DNA of 63,898 nucleotides, filler included, from Octopus bimaculoides (GCF_001194135.2; 4 parts of 4 records of this genome joined end to end with filler, not necessarily neighbours in it), one strand, 5' to 3'; counted from the first letter of the whole stretch, positions 25,626 to 38,559 are shown. Notes: generated from the letters alone by a model not told the origin. Numbers and translations are program-made.

Positions 25626-25768
25626 GTACTTGTGAAGTTAGGTACAATGTTGAGATATGAAAGGACATCCAGCCATAGGAGTCATGCTAAAGTAGACATT
25701 GGAGCATGATACAATCCTTCTACTTGTCAAACCCAGTCAAACTGTCCAACCCATGTCAACATGGAAGC

Positions 25769-26397
25769 CAGTGGTTCTCAACTGGGATCCTTTCCCTGCA
25801 ATAAATTACTTATACTTCTACAATATCTTCTATCTTTTACTTGTTTCAGTCATTAGGCTACGGCCATGCTGGGGCACATTCTTGAATTTTTTTTTTAGTC
25901 AAATGAGTCGACCCCAGTACTTATTTTTTAAAGCCTGGTACTTATTCTATTGGCCTCTTTTGCCGAACTGCTAAGTTACAGGGAAACAAACACACACCAA
26001 CACCAGTTGTCAAGTGGTGGTGGGGAGACAAACACAGATACAAACACACACACACACACACACACACATAAGGGGTCTCTTTCAGTTTCCGTCTACCAAA
26101 TCCAGTCACAAGGTTTGGTCAACCTGAGGCTATAGTAGAAGACACTTGCCCAAGGTGCCATGCAGTGGGACTGAACTCAGAACCATGTGGTTGGGAAGCA
26201 AATTTCTTACCACACAGCCACACCTGCACTTATAAAAACATTACCAACAATTTTTTAGACAATTCCTAATAATACTTAATTATATAAATATAATAGGATT
26301 TTTTTAAAGCAATGAATGGCTATGGGAGAGGTGGGGTCCAGTTGAATAAAATAGGAATCAAAGGGGTCAATAGGCAACAAATGATTGAGAACCACTT
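25769..26397. mobile_element. hAT-type MITE interrupted by a SINE
   Basis: Ends CAGTGGTTCTCAAC and TTGAGAACCACT(T). A minus-strand SINE sits inside at about 25830-26230. No 8-bp TSD recovered. Confidence 0.65.
25830..26230 (-). mobile_element. SINE family A (inside the hAT MITE)
   Basis: Full motif set in reverse complement. Confidence 0.9.
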
Positions 26398-27444
26398 CCT
26401 TAAATAATTGAACAATAATTATCACTGTAATAATGGTGAAGTGTTCAAAACAATTAAGAAACTTACCGAGATAAATACAATTTATATAAATACCAAAATG
26501 AACTGAAAGCAAGAGAAGGAATATATAAATTTTTTCATCTATCAATTCATTTTGCAATTGTGAAATTGTGTGTTGAAACAGATATTGTTCTATTTCAGGA
26601 TGGTAATTTTTTTTTCTTGCCAAATCAACACATGCACTATATATTTTTTCTTCACTCGTTTATTACTATTCTTACTTTATTATTTTAACTCGTGTCCATT
26701 GTCCGGAAATCTTTCATCTCACATCTGTGACCTCTTCAGCGACAACCCTCCACTCTCCCATGCTTACATCAGTTCAGTGGAATATTTTGAGGAAGATTTT
26801 CTACAACAGGGTGCTCTTCCTGTCACCAACCCTCACCTGTTTCCATGCAAGGTAATATTTCCCCCATGGTGTGACATGTTCTTCACTGAAGACCAGAAAC
26901 AAACAACATTGCCTACATGATGACAATGCCCATGATGTTAAGAAAAAGGTGCATACACACACACACACAACTGGTTTCTTTCAGTTTCCATCTACCAAAT
27001 CCAATCACAATGCTTTAGTCAACCTGGAGATATAGTAGAAGACTTGTGCAAAATGCCATGCAGTGGGACTGAACCTGAGACCTCATGCACGGGAAGTAAA
27101 TTTCTTAAACATGCAGCAACATCTGCTCCTGTGTGTGTGTGTGTGTGTGTGTACCTTTGTCTTGACCTGACGTGATGTTGTAAGTAAGCATCACTATCAT
27201 GTAAGCTACATTATTTGTTTCAGTTTTCCATGAGAAAACATGTCTGGCCATGGGGAAATATTACCTTCATTGAAAACTGATGAGGGTTGGCAACAGGAAG
27301 GGCATCTGGCCATGGAGAATCTGCCTCAACAACTTCCAATGAACTCATGTAAGCATGGAACATTGGATGTTAAAACGGTGGTGATGATTTTATATATATG
27401 GTAGAATGGAAGAAACAGAACTCAAGTGTATGTGCATGTGTGTG

Positions 27445-27500
<56 letters not shown>

Positions 27501-27677
27501 NNNNNNNNNNNNNNNNNNNNNNNNNNNNNNNNNNNNNNNNNNNNNNNNNNNNNNNNNNNNNNNNNNNNNNNNNNNNNNNNNNNNNNNNNNNNNNNNNNNN
27601 NNNNNNNNNNNNNNNNNNNNNNNNNNNNNNNNNNNNNNNNNNNNNNNNNNNNNNNNNNNNNNNNNNNNNNNNNNNNN

Positions 27678-27727
<50 letters not shown>

Positions 27728-29333
27728 AGAGAGAGAGAGAGGGAGAGTTCTTTTCCTTGTTTTCTTTCTTTAAATAATTTTCTCTTCCCTTTCTTTTGTT
27801 CTTTTCCCCTAATAGTTCCCTCTGCCTATCCCTGAACATTCCACTGTTTCTCCTTGCTTCTTTTCCTTATTCATTGACTGCTTTAGAAGAGGTGCAGAGT
27901 TCATCTTTACATTAAATGCTAAAGTTTCGAATTCTCTCAGTCAAAGAATGATTAGAATATCAGAATGATGAGTGTTACAAACTAGAATTAAAACACATTT
28001 TAGAAAAAAGAGAAAAGGGTGAAAAAAAAAGAATTTTATCATTCTATTTTTCTTTAAGTTTATCCTTAAAACATCTGCTCAGTTCTTTCCATATGACTCA
28101 AGACTCCCTTGAGAACTAGTGCAGTTGCCCATTAGAAATATAACTTCTGGGTTGACCCAAGTGTAAATTTCTTTCAGACATATGCAGGCAGTTTAACTCC
28201 ATACGTGTATTTCACTTCACGTTATGTTTTTTTTGTTTTTTTTTTATATTTTTGTTTCTGTTTTGCTTCCAAAGCTACTTTAACAATATTATTGCAACTT
28301 TGATGTTGTTACGTATAAAGAAAGTACTCAAACTCACTTAATAAAATAGTAATACAAAATAAAGTAGTTTGAGATGTATTTGCTGATAGCAACAATGAGA
28401 CCTTCTGTACTGGATGGAAGTATGAAAAATAAAAACCACTAATGTTAATTTTTCTCTTGGATTTTATACTAAGAAATAAAGTAAAAAAACAAAACAAAAC
28501 AAATTACTAATATTTTTGTAATTCCCAGATAGATTTCCTGATTCAGGATTCTTTAAGTACTTATTAAATAAACACTTAATACGAGTTTATCCACTCAATT
28601 TTTAACATCTGACATAGTTGTAGTATCTAGTACCTTGTACTTCATACTTGTTTCAATCATTGGACAGCGGCCATGCAGGGGCACTACCTTGAAGGGTACT
28701 TACATTTAAAACTTTTTTTAAAGTCTGGCACTTATTCTATTGGACTCTGCTAAGTAACAGGGACGTAAACAAATCAACAACAGTTGTTAAATGATGGTGA
28801 GAGACTAACATAAACACTTAACAAAAACGTAAATACTGGGGTTGTTCAACTAAACCCTTCAAGTTAGTGTCACCAGCATGGCCACAGTCCAATAACTGAA
28901 ACGAATAAAAGATACAAGGTATGTTTATTTCCCCATTGCTTTTGTGACCCAGCAGTTAGGAATGTTGAACTCACAAACATTAAAGTTGTGAGTTTAATTC
29001 CTTGGCCAGGCAGTACATTGTATCATTGAGCCAGCTATATTTTTTCACATTGCTCTGGATTATTCAGCAGCACCCAACTACTAGCAAACTGCTGGTGCAG
29101 CCCTCTCTCCCTCCTACTGTTATATCCTTGCTGCTCCACACTGACTTACATTTAGTGTAGGAGGGTCAACAGGATATCTGTCTGCTTCTGATTACATCAT
29201 TTACTTTCCATTTGACTCATTCACACTTAGAGGTCTTAATACATTGCCTTCGTTTAACTTCCTTTACTGCGACAATGTCCACCACACCTGTAAAAGAGAA
29301 AGCAATGTCACACACCTTTGAAGAACTGATTAA

Positions 29334-29551
29334 CCCTTTAACATTTAAACTGGCCATATCCGGCCCAAATACTTTACCTGGTTTATGTTCAAACTGACAA
29401 GACTCAGCCTCTCACAGCTGCCTAACAATGCTATTGTAAAAATAAACAATCACATCATTGAAATCTCAAAGCTATGAGATAATGCATGATTAATTCAAAG
29501 CAATGAGAATAAATAGGCATTAAATTTGACAATAATCTGAATGCTAAAGGG
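29334..29551. mobile_element. piggyBac-type MITE
   Basis: TTAA|CCCTTTAACATT ... AATGCTAAAGGG|TTAA. TTAA TSDs at 29330-29333 and 29552-29555. Confidence 0.92.
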
Positions 29552-29959
29552 TTAAATGTGTACCACATTAGACCTAGTGAATAAATCTAAATCAACTGCA
29601 AATTTTAGATCCCATCAAAATCCTTTAGATTATTGGTCATGATTTGTTCAAGAAATAATTGAAAAGTCCTGGTGATAATGAGCAGCCTTGTCTAATGCTG
29701 ATGCTTGTTTCAAGCCACATCCTTGTTTCATTTTTGTTGAAGAATTTCACAAGTTATTCTCTTAAATACTTTTCACAGTATTCATTATCATCATCATCAT
29801 TTAGTGCTTGTTTTCCTTGCTAGCATGGGTAAGACGGTTTGAATGGTGCTAATAAGCCAGAGAGCTACACCAGGCTGCAGTTCATTTTCACTTGGTTTCT
29901 ATGGTTGAATGCCCCTCCTAATGCCAACCACTCCACAGAATGTATTGGGTGTTGTTTAT

Positions 29960-30090
29960 GTGCCACTGGCACAGGTGCCTTTCATGTGCCTTTTATGTAT
30001 CACCAGCATGAGTGCCCTTTACATGTCACCAGCACGGGTATCTTTTACATGTCACTAGCACAGGTGCCTTCTACATGTCACTGGCACTGG
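29960..30090 (-). repeat. Related ~26-bp minisatellite in a family D copy
   Basis: Repeated ttttacatgtcacc/tagcac.ggt units. Confidence 0.8.
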
Positions 30091-32044
30091 CCATGACTAC
30101 AATTTCGCTTAGTTTGACATGTCTCCTCAAGCACAGCAAATTGCTAAAGGTCTTGGTCACTTGTCATTGCCTTCATGACATTCAACATCCAATCAAACTT
30201 CACTACCTCGATCTACTAGATATATTGAGGTATTGTACACCTTTATACCATCTTGCAACACTTTACTGCTCTTCTCCATACCCAGTCAAAGTCTCTTTCT
30301 TCTAAAGTGAACACATAGGTGGTATAGTACTATTTGCCTGCAGTTTTAGATACCTATTTAGTACTGTCTGATACTACATGGATGACTTTAAGCTGGTATG
30401 TTGTTATTGTTTTCACCCTTTGAATTAAAATATCCATTTTATTTTAGGGGACTTCAGCTGGTGTTGCTCTGACCAGCTTCTTCACTACCACCACTGACAT
30501 CAATATATTAGTGTTGGTGGTGAAGAAGCTGAAGTTCCTGAAGTTCCCAGGGACTTGTGGAAATCACAAGACCAAGCAGATTTCTTCTATTTCAACTCAA
30601 CCAGTCAACTGAATCTGCAACAATGCTGCATTTTTGCCTGTTTTATTTTTATGGGGCAATGCAGTCATTAATGTTTTGTCTGTTAGGAAGGCCATTTTCC
30701 TCTATTACCCAATTCAGCACTTTAACAATTTGCTTTGCCTTTCTCATGTTATTTCTCTCGAACCCCTCCTGCACATAGGAAACCTAGGTAGAATCATCTT
30801 ACACACACATTTAGACGTTACATTATTTGTGAAAGGACCAATATCTAGAGTACCTGGATTAGTCACTGAAATAATGTGTAACAAACTACTAACAAATTTA
30901 AAAACATTTTATGCCTGTGTGAGTCATGCACAAATAAACTATTAAATAGCTTTGATATTTTATAACTTCCTAGATCTAATATTGATATCGTTACTTGTCT
31001 TTAGACCTAATTTGCTTTTCAACTCTGTGAAATTGATGACTACATGGATGACATGAGTAACAGTGCTTACTCAATAATCATTAAAGTTGCTCCTTTTCTT
31101 GTGATGATGGACTTCTGTGGGGGTTTTGTTTTTAATGTTCTTTTTATGATCCTACTGCCTCCATTACTTTCTTCCTTAGTTACTTTTTAGTTGGGCAGCT
31201 CTTCATCAATATTTAAATAACTAATAGATCATCATACTATGAGGGTTCTAAGATGAAATTCTTAGCTATTATTAATGAAAAAGCACTTCTTCACCCTACC
31301 AGTCCATACAAAGATTTGGCACTTCATCATTTTTGTGGACACCTACAAGAAATGTTGAGAGAAATGGGGCAATCAATCATTCAGCAATTTAGAAAATGGT
31401 AACTAAATGTCTAAGTCTGTAAAAAAAAAACCCCAACCCAAAGCCAATATATGATATTGGATATAAAATTAAGAAATCTTCTACAGGGTGCAACAGGAAA
31501 ACCTCCCATCTTTTATATGGCTTTTACTATGGTGCTAGTGGAATTAGGCAGATGGTAACAGTGTCTTCTTAATGTTTTACCAGTTTTATTTTCAGTGACC
31601 CATCGTGATTAGAACTGGTGTACACTGTGCATTTGACAACCTGTAAAATGTAGGGGGTGTTTTATTTTTGTCACTCCCGCTCTATAATACCACCAATAAA
31701 CCTTAAATTTTTAACAAATCAAAGCTCTGTAATAAGTGTCATTAATAATAACAAATGTTGGCATTTGGGAGTTTTATTTGTTATATCTTTCTCTGCTTAC
31801 ACGAACGTTTTCTTTTCGGACAAAACCCTTTGTAACCTTCATCCTGTCTTTGTCCTTACATGTTTTTAATTTATATTAGCCCTTGTGGCCAATAAAACCA
31901 GAATTAATTATTATTATTTCATATATGCATAACAGATTAGACTGTTGGAAAAGAAAAATTCCTAACATTGGGCTACAAGTAACTTTAGATGCCAAGAACC
32001 TTCCTAAGTATCCTAGCTGTCCCAAATAATACTATTTTCAGTGA

Positions 32045-32225
32045 TTATTATCATTAGCACACTGGCAAAATGCTTAGTGATATTTCATCCATCTTTATGT
32101 TTGGAGTTCAAATTCTGCCAAGGTCAACTCTACCTTTCATCCTTTCAGGGTCAGTAAAATAAGTACCAGTGGAGCAATGGAGTTAATGTCATTGACTTAC
32201 ACCCTCGCCCTAAATTTACTAGTCT
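32045..32225 (+). mobile_element. SINE family B
   Basis: gagttcaaattctgccaaggtcaactctacctttcatcctttcagggtc...aagtaccag. Confidence 0.85.
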
Positions 32226-32236
32226 TATTATTATTC

Positions 32237-32554
32237 AGTATTTTTATTTTTATAACGTGCTTTCCCTAAACTACCGAGCGCAGCTCTGTGTGCCTTGGGT
32301 ATGTGCTGTGGTTTGCTGTGATGCTCTTATGGTTACTGTATTGAAAGTGTTTTGCGTAGGATGTGTGTGGTGCCTAGTAGTGCAATTTTCTGTATGTTAT
32401 ATATATTTGTAAGTCCTGCTGTTTTTGTTATGTATTTGTCTGAATATTTTTTTATTATACCTAAGGCACCTACTATGATAGGAATTGTTTCTGTTTTTAG
32501 ACCCCACATTCGAGTTACCTCTATTTCCAGGTCTTTGTATTTTGAAAGTTTCTC
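32237..32554 (-). mobile_element. R4/Dong-like RLE LINE 3' end, cut by an assembly linker
   Basis: Intact 73-aa frame 32554-32333 EKLSKYKDLEIEVTRMWGLKTETIPIIVGALG...IQKIALLGTTHILRKTLSIQ*. The 3' UTR ends in AATAAA-like sequence followed by a short (TAA)n. Confidence 0.9.
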
Positions 32555-32654
32555 NNNNNNNNNNNNNNNNNNNNNNNNNNNNNNNNNNNNNNNNNNNNTT
32601 AATTAATTAANNNNNNNNNNNNNNNNNNNNNNNNNNNNNNNNNNNNNNNNNNNN
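32555..32654. other. Artificial scaffold linker
   Basis: Same structure. Confidence 0.97.
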
Positions 32655-32669
32655 CATAGACCGGAATTC

Positions 32670-33260
32670 ATCCAGCTCTCAATCCATCATCCATCCATTC
32701 ATCCACCCCTCTATTCACCCATCGATCGATCGATCGATGCATCCTTCCACTCATCCATTCATCCATCTATCAATCCATCGATCGATCCATCCAGTCATCC
32801 AACCGTTCACCCAGCCAACCCGCCAACCAGCCAGCTATCCCTCCATCCCTTCCCCCCCCCCATTTCCCCTCCCTCCATTCCCTTTCCCTCCATTCATCCA
32901 TTTACCTTAGATGTAAAGCTACGTCTATGTCACGCAGTTGAAGGTTATAATGGTAAGCGTGTGAAAACATTCATCATCATCATCATCATTGCCTTTCCTC
33001 TCCTCCTCATCATTCATCTTGACCTATTTCTATGTTTTGTACTTTTTTCGTTCTTGGTTTCATCGTATCATCAACACCCGCCACCAGCACCATCGCCACC
33101 GCCTCCGACGTCTGAACCGCTACCACCACCACCACCACCATCATCACCACCACAACAACCACCTCCACCACTACAACCACCACCACCATCATCGTCGTCG
33201 TAGTCGCAAACATCTTCGTCAGCATCATCATCGTCAACATCATCATCGTCGTCATCATTA
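32670..33260. repeat. Degenerate (ATCC/ATCG)n and (CAC/CAT)n low-complexity sequence
   Basis: Seen directly. Confidence 0.9.
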
Positions 33261-33374
33261 TATTTTCCTATTTTGCTTTAAACTCACCTTCTAATCTCTT
33301 TTACAATCTCTTCCCGTGTCAACAGTGTGTCCGTTGTAACATCAGCGCCATATTGTGTACACGTAAGAGTGTTT

Positions 33375-33710
33375 ATGTGTGCGTCTGTGTATGACTGCAT
33401 GTATGTATGTATGTATGTATGTATGTATGTATGTATGTATGTATGTATCCATATATGTATGCATTTATGTATGTACGTATGTATGTATTTATGTATGCAT
33501 ATGTGTGTGTCTATGTATGTATGCGTGTATGTATGTATGTATGTATGCATCCATGTATGTATGTACGTATGCATACATATATGTAATTATGTATATGTGA
33601 TTCTATGAAAGTATGTATGTATGTATGTATGTATGTACGCGTGTACATTTATGCTTTATATATTTGTATAGGTAAACATGTTTGTGTATGTGTATATGTA
33701 TGAGTGTGTA
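33375..33710. repeat. (TATG)n tract
   Basis: Seen directly. Confidence 0.95.
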
Positions 33711-34544
33711 TNNNNNNNNNNNNNNNNNNNNNNNNNNNNNNNNNNNNNNNNNNNNNNNNNNNNNNNNNNNNNNNNNNNNNNNNNNNNNNNNNNNNNNNNN
33801 NNNNNNNNNNNNNNNNNNNNNNNNNNNNNNNNNNNNNNNNNNNNNNNNNNNNNNNNNNNNNNNNNNNNNNNNNNNNNNNNNNTATATATATATATATTCA
33901 TACACATACATATAAAATATGTATTTATATCTGTGCATAAATATATATCAGTACACACATATGTATATAAGTATGAGTGTCTGTGTATGTAGTGTAAATA
34001 TATGTGCGTATGTGTCTGTGCATGCGTATGTATGTGTATGTGTGTGTTAATGTGCGTGATAAAGATGTCAGAAGCCATAAAATAGTTATTTTGCCAAAGT
34101 TCCGTGATGATGTCTGGTGTAAACAGTGCGAAGAGATTCACCCGGCTGTCACAGGAACACACCAGTCAACAACATTGACTTGTCTGTAATTCATCTTTAA
34201 ATACATGTTAATTACTCTCCGAATTAATGAGATCAGTTAACAGTCATCAATTACAAATTAAATAATACATAACTGACATGAGATTTCGGTTCTGAATAAC
34301 ACCTACCTTTATTTTGAAGAAATAGTTTGGAGGAAAATTGAAATTTAATAATAATAGAAATGCCAACATAGAAAGAAAAAAAAAACTGACTACACATACA
34401 AACACAAACATATATCCTTTTATTCTTTTCTTAGTTTCACAGTCTTTGAATTGTGCTCATGCTGGGGCATCGCTTTCAAAGGTGTTTTAGTTGAACAAAA
34501 TCGACCTCAGTTTCTTTTTTTTCAGCTGGAATATGTTTTGTGGG

Positions 34545-34720
34545 TGAACGTTGCGTTGTAGTTAGGGTGTTGCTCTTTCGATTACCAGATCGTGGTTTCG
34601 TTTCCCAGACTGGCGGTGCGTTGTGTTCTTCAGCTAAACACGTCGTTCCATGTTGCTCCAGTTCACTCAACTGTATACGAGTAACCTTGGTACGGACTGT
34701 CGTTCAGAGGAAATGTTGGT
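34545..34720 (+). mobile_element. Degenerate tRNA-head, CORE-like SINE
   Basis: gtagttagggtgttg...gtttcgtttccc...gcgttgtgttctt. Confidence 0.6.
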
Positions 34721-34914
34721 CAGCCCGCCTTGTCAGCGTGTTAGCATCATTAGAAGGCTACAACAACAGGTGTATTATCAATCGATAGACTGGTCGATAC
34801 GTTGCTATTTAATGGAACTCCTTGTTGGAAGGCTGGTTTGCTGGATGGACATAAGAGATGCAACATAAACAGAAACACCGCAGACATAGGAATAAACGGT
34901 CTACACACACACAC

Positions 34915-34965
<51 letters not shown>

Positions 34966-36040
34966 TATACACACACGCACACACCACAATCTTTTTACAG
35001 TTCACGAAATTCAACACGTATTACCGTATCCAGGGCTGAAGTTGNNNNNNNNNNNNNNNNNNNNNNNNNNNNNNNNNNNNNNNNNNNNNNNNNNNNNNNN
35101 NNNNNNNNNNNNNNNNNNNNNNNNNNNNNNNNNNNNNNNNNNNNNNNNNNNNNNNNNNNNNNNNNNNNNNNNNNNNNNNNNNNNNNNNNNNNNNNNNNNN
35201 NNNNNNNNNNNNNNNNNNNNNNNNNNNNNNNNNNNNNNNNNNNNNNNNNNNNNNNNNNNNNNNNNNNNNNNNNNNNNNNNNNNNNNNNNNNNNNNNNNNN
35301 NNNNNNNNNNNNNNNNNNNNNNNNNNNNNNNNNNNNNNNNNNNNNNNNNNNNNNNNNNNNNNNNNNNNNNNNNNNNNNNNNNNNNNNNNNNNNNNNNNNN
35401 NNNNNNNNNNNNNNNNNNNNNNNNNNNNNNNNNNNNNNNNNNNNNNNNNNNNNNNNNNNNNNNNNNNNNNNNNNNNNNNNNNNNNNNNNNNNNNNNNNNN
35501 NNNNNNNNNNNNNNNNNNNNNNNNNNNNNNNNNNNNNNNNNNNNNNNNNNNNNNNNNNNNNNNNNNNNNNNNNNNNNNNNNNNNNNNNNNNNNNNNNNNN
35601 NNNNNNNNNNNNNNNNNNNNNNNNNNNNNNNNNNNNNNNNNNNNNNNNNNNNNNNNNNNNNNNNNNNNNNNNNNNNNNNNNNNNNNNNNNNNNNNNNNNN
35701 NNNNNNNNNNNNNNNNNNNNNNNNNNNNNNNNNNNNNNNNNNNNNNNNNNNNNNNNNNNNNNNNNNNNNNNNNNNNNNNNNNNNNNNNNNNNNNNNNNNN
35801 NNNNNNNNNNNNNNNNNNNNNNNNNNNNNNNNNNNNNNNNNNNNNNNNNNNNNNNNNNNNNNNNNNNNNNNNNNNNNNNNNNNNNNNNNNNNNNNNNNNN
35901 NNNNNNNNNNNNNNNNNNNNNNNNNNNNNNNNNNNNNNNNNNNNNNNNNNNNNNNNNNNNNNNNNNNNNNNNNNNNNNNNNNNNNNNNNNNNNNNNNNNN
36001 NNNNNNNNNNNNNNNNNNNNNNNNNNNNNNNNNNNNNNNN

Positions 36041-36103
<63 letters not shown>

Positions 36104-37184
36104 TGTGTGTGTGTGTATGTATGCACGCGTGTGTGTAACGGGAGATAAGCATTTTGACATACTAAAAAGTTGTGCTAAATTTTATTAAATTAAATTCTAT
36201 TCAGACTGAATAATACCGGATATATTAGACACTATAATTTAGTCTCTGAACTACTGAAAACAGATTGGTCAGTATAGTTTTGCTTACGAAAAACTGATTT
36301 CATTTGCATCAACAACTCACAGCGACTCCGATACCGATAACAACATCAAACAGCTGGATCTTGGCAGCCACGGCGCAATCAAATCTTTTCTGATAAGTCA
36401 TGAAGTTACCAACAATGATCACAAGAATAAAGAAGAAAAACGGATAATGTGGTACTCAGTGCATTCTGTTCTTTACTTGGAGAAGTAACCGGTATGTTCC
36501 GAGTTTAAATCCTACCTCAGCCAAATTTGCCTTTTATTCCCCCGGGTTCGACAGAAGAAAGTACTGGGATCAGTAATGTGGTATAGACTTGTATCTAAAG
36601 TAGAAACCATGGTAAGTACGCATCACCCAACAGAAATCGAAATCACGTCTCCACCGCTGGATTAACCAGCACGTGCTTAAGGCATCAAGGGAGGTGGGGG
36701 AAGGGGGAACCATAGAAATGGTAAATGGTTTACGGCACAAAAGAAATCACTTTAAAATTGCTAAAATAATATTCGAAGTGGTTTATATGATCGGAAATAT
36801 AATTTCGAAGTGTTCATTGTGTCATAGGGCGTATCTGATCAACAACTTTGCAATTAAAAAAGTAGGAGAAATCTTTTCAAATATAAATAAAGGAGAGGTA
36901 TACAAATAGAATCATTTATCTTCCATCCTATTGTTAGCTTTGTTTCATTTTGAAAAATAAAGAAATTATTTTATGGGTTATTATTGCTTATATTTTGAAT
37001 TACATACTTATGGAGGAACCAATATCTTTTAAGTGCTTAAGGCCTACATGGCACTTAATCCGACGTTGCACCCCTCCATCAAACAATACACAGCAGTCTT
37101 CTGTACATATGTGTAACTCGGGACACATGTTTACGTATCTGCTTTGTTATGTGTATGTGCATGTATGTACGCATGTATGTATGT

Positions 37185-37545
37185 CATTGTTCAGTTTTAT
37201 TTTAAGATTTCTTGCCAATAGAGAAAGAGCCGGTTTCTAACCTAGATCCAAGCCGCCTTCATTGGAATTTCAACATCAACAACAGGGTATGTATGTATGC
37301 ATGTATGTATGTATGTGTGCAGGTGTATATGTATTTATTCTCATGCATATACTTGCATATCTCTGGAAAGTTTCACAGAATTTTACACTTCTAGTGATGG
37401 ACTGGATCTGTAGTCTTCGAATTAGCTTTCTCCTTTCTGGTTTTGAGAAGCCTAATTTCTCAAGACGGGTATTTAGGCAGCGTGTTACATATCCCATTGC
37501 CCCAATAATTACAGGTATATACCTGAAATTGTAACCTGAGTAGAG
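37185..37545 (-). mobile_element. RLE-type (R4-like) LINE 3' end embedded in (ACAT)n
   Basis: LYSGYNFRYIPVIIGAMGYVTRCLNTRLEKLGFSKPERRKLIRRLQIQSITRSVKFCETFQ; 3' UTR ending aaataaaactgaacaatg. (TATG)n on both flanks. Confidence 0.85.
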
Positions 37546-38439
37546 ATGTATGTATGTACGTATGAATGTATGAATGTATGAATGTATTAGTGTGTATGCA
37601 TATAAATATATAACTTATAACGAGAGAGAGAGGAGAGAGAGGGCGATGGAAAGAAAGAGCGATGGAGAGAGAGGGCAAAGGAGGGGGAAGAGAGAGATGA
37701 GAGAGAGAGGGGAGAGAGAAAAGGGGGAGAGAGAAAAGGGGGAGAGAGAGTACTAAGACAACATGGACAATAATTAACGAAAAGAACCATCAAGAAACAT
37801 AGAAATGCTTCTCATTAACCATGTTTTGTCTGGATTTATAAAAGTTTCAGTGCCGTTTAAATGCATCTGTTTTCCGGAAAGCGTTAGTGATTATATACAT
37901 CATTAGGGTAGACGATAGAACACGATGAAGTCTTTGAACTTAAACTTCGAAGGACAGTGACTTAGACTAGAACGAAACATCAGTAAGAAAGAAATGTAGA
38001 TTATTACGACTTATCATAAAATACATGGTGTCTTTCGATTCATGACAAGAAGCACAGAGAATGAAATTTTCGTCAAAATATCACCTGAATGAAAAAGAAT
38101 TTGAGACGTATTGTTAGTGCGACCTTTGCTAGATAAATGAACGAGACAATAGTATGATGAAAAAGGAACAGCAATAGCAGTATAAATGGGGAGTAGGAGG
38201 TTGAAAAAAAGTGAGAGACAGTGAGAAAGAAAGAGAAAATGAAAGAAAACAACAGATGGAGTAAGTCAGAGCGAGAGAGAAAAACCTGTTCACATGTAAA
38301 ATGGAGAGTGTGCAGTAGGAATATAAACATAAATAGTAAGTAGTCGATGTTGACAACAATTAACGAAGAGAACAGCAGACAACAGTCGACGTACCCTCAT
38401 CAGCCGTCTTACCTGAATTCATAACGATTTTAGGACTAG

Positions 38440-38520
38440 AAAACACAAAGCTTTGAGTAGATTTGGAAGGCGGAAACTGAAAGAACTCCATCGTATATAT
38501 CTACATCTGTGCGTGTGTGC

Positions 38521-38559
<39 letters not shown>

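Noticed and set aside
30375-30395. YMDDFKL, resembling the R4 RT catalytic motif (a second YMDD at 31041-31052)
   Set aside because: An in-frame stop lies just upstream and there are no flanking RT motifs. The duplicated 14-mer alone is insufficient.
34802-36160. The longest listed ORFs (370-450 aa)
   Set aside because: They are made of N-gap X residues plus dinucleotide repeats. The same applies to the ORFs over the gaps at 10131, 27501, 33712, 43287, 53964 and 62686.
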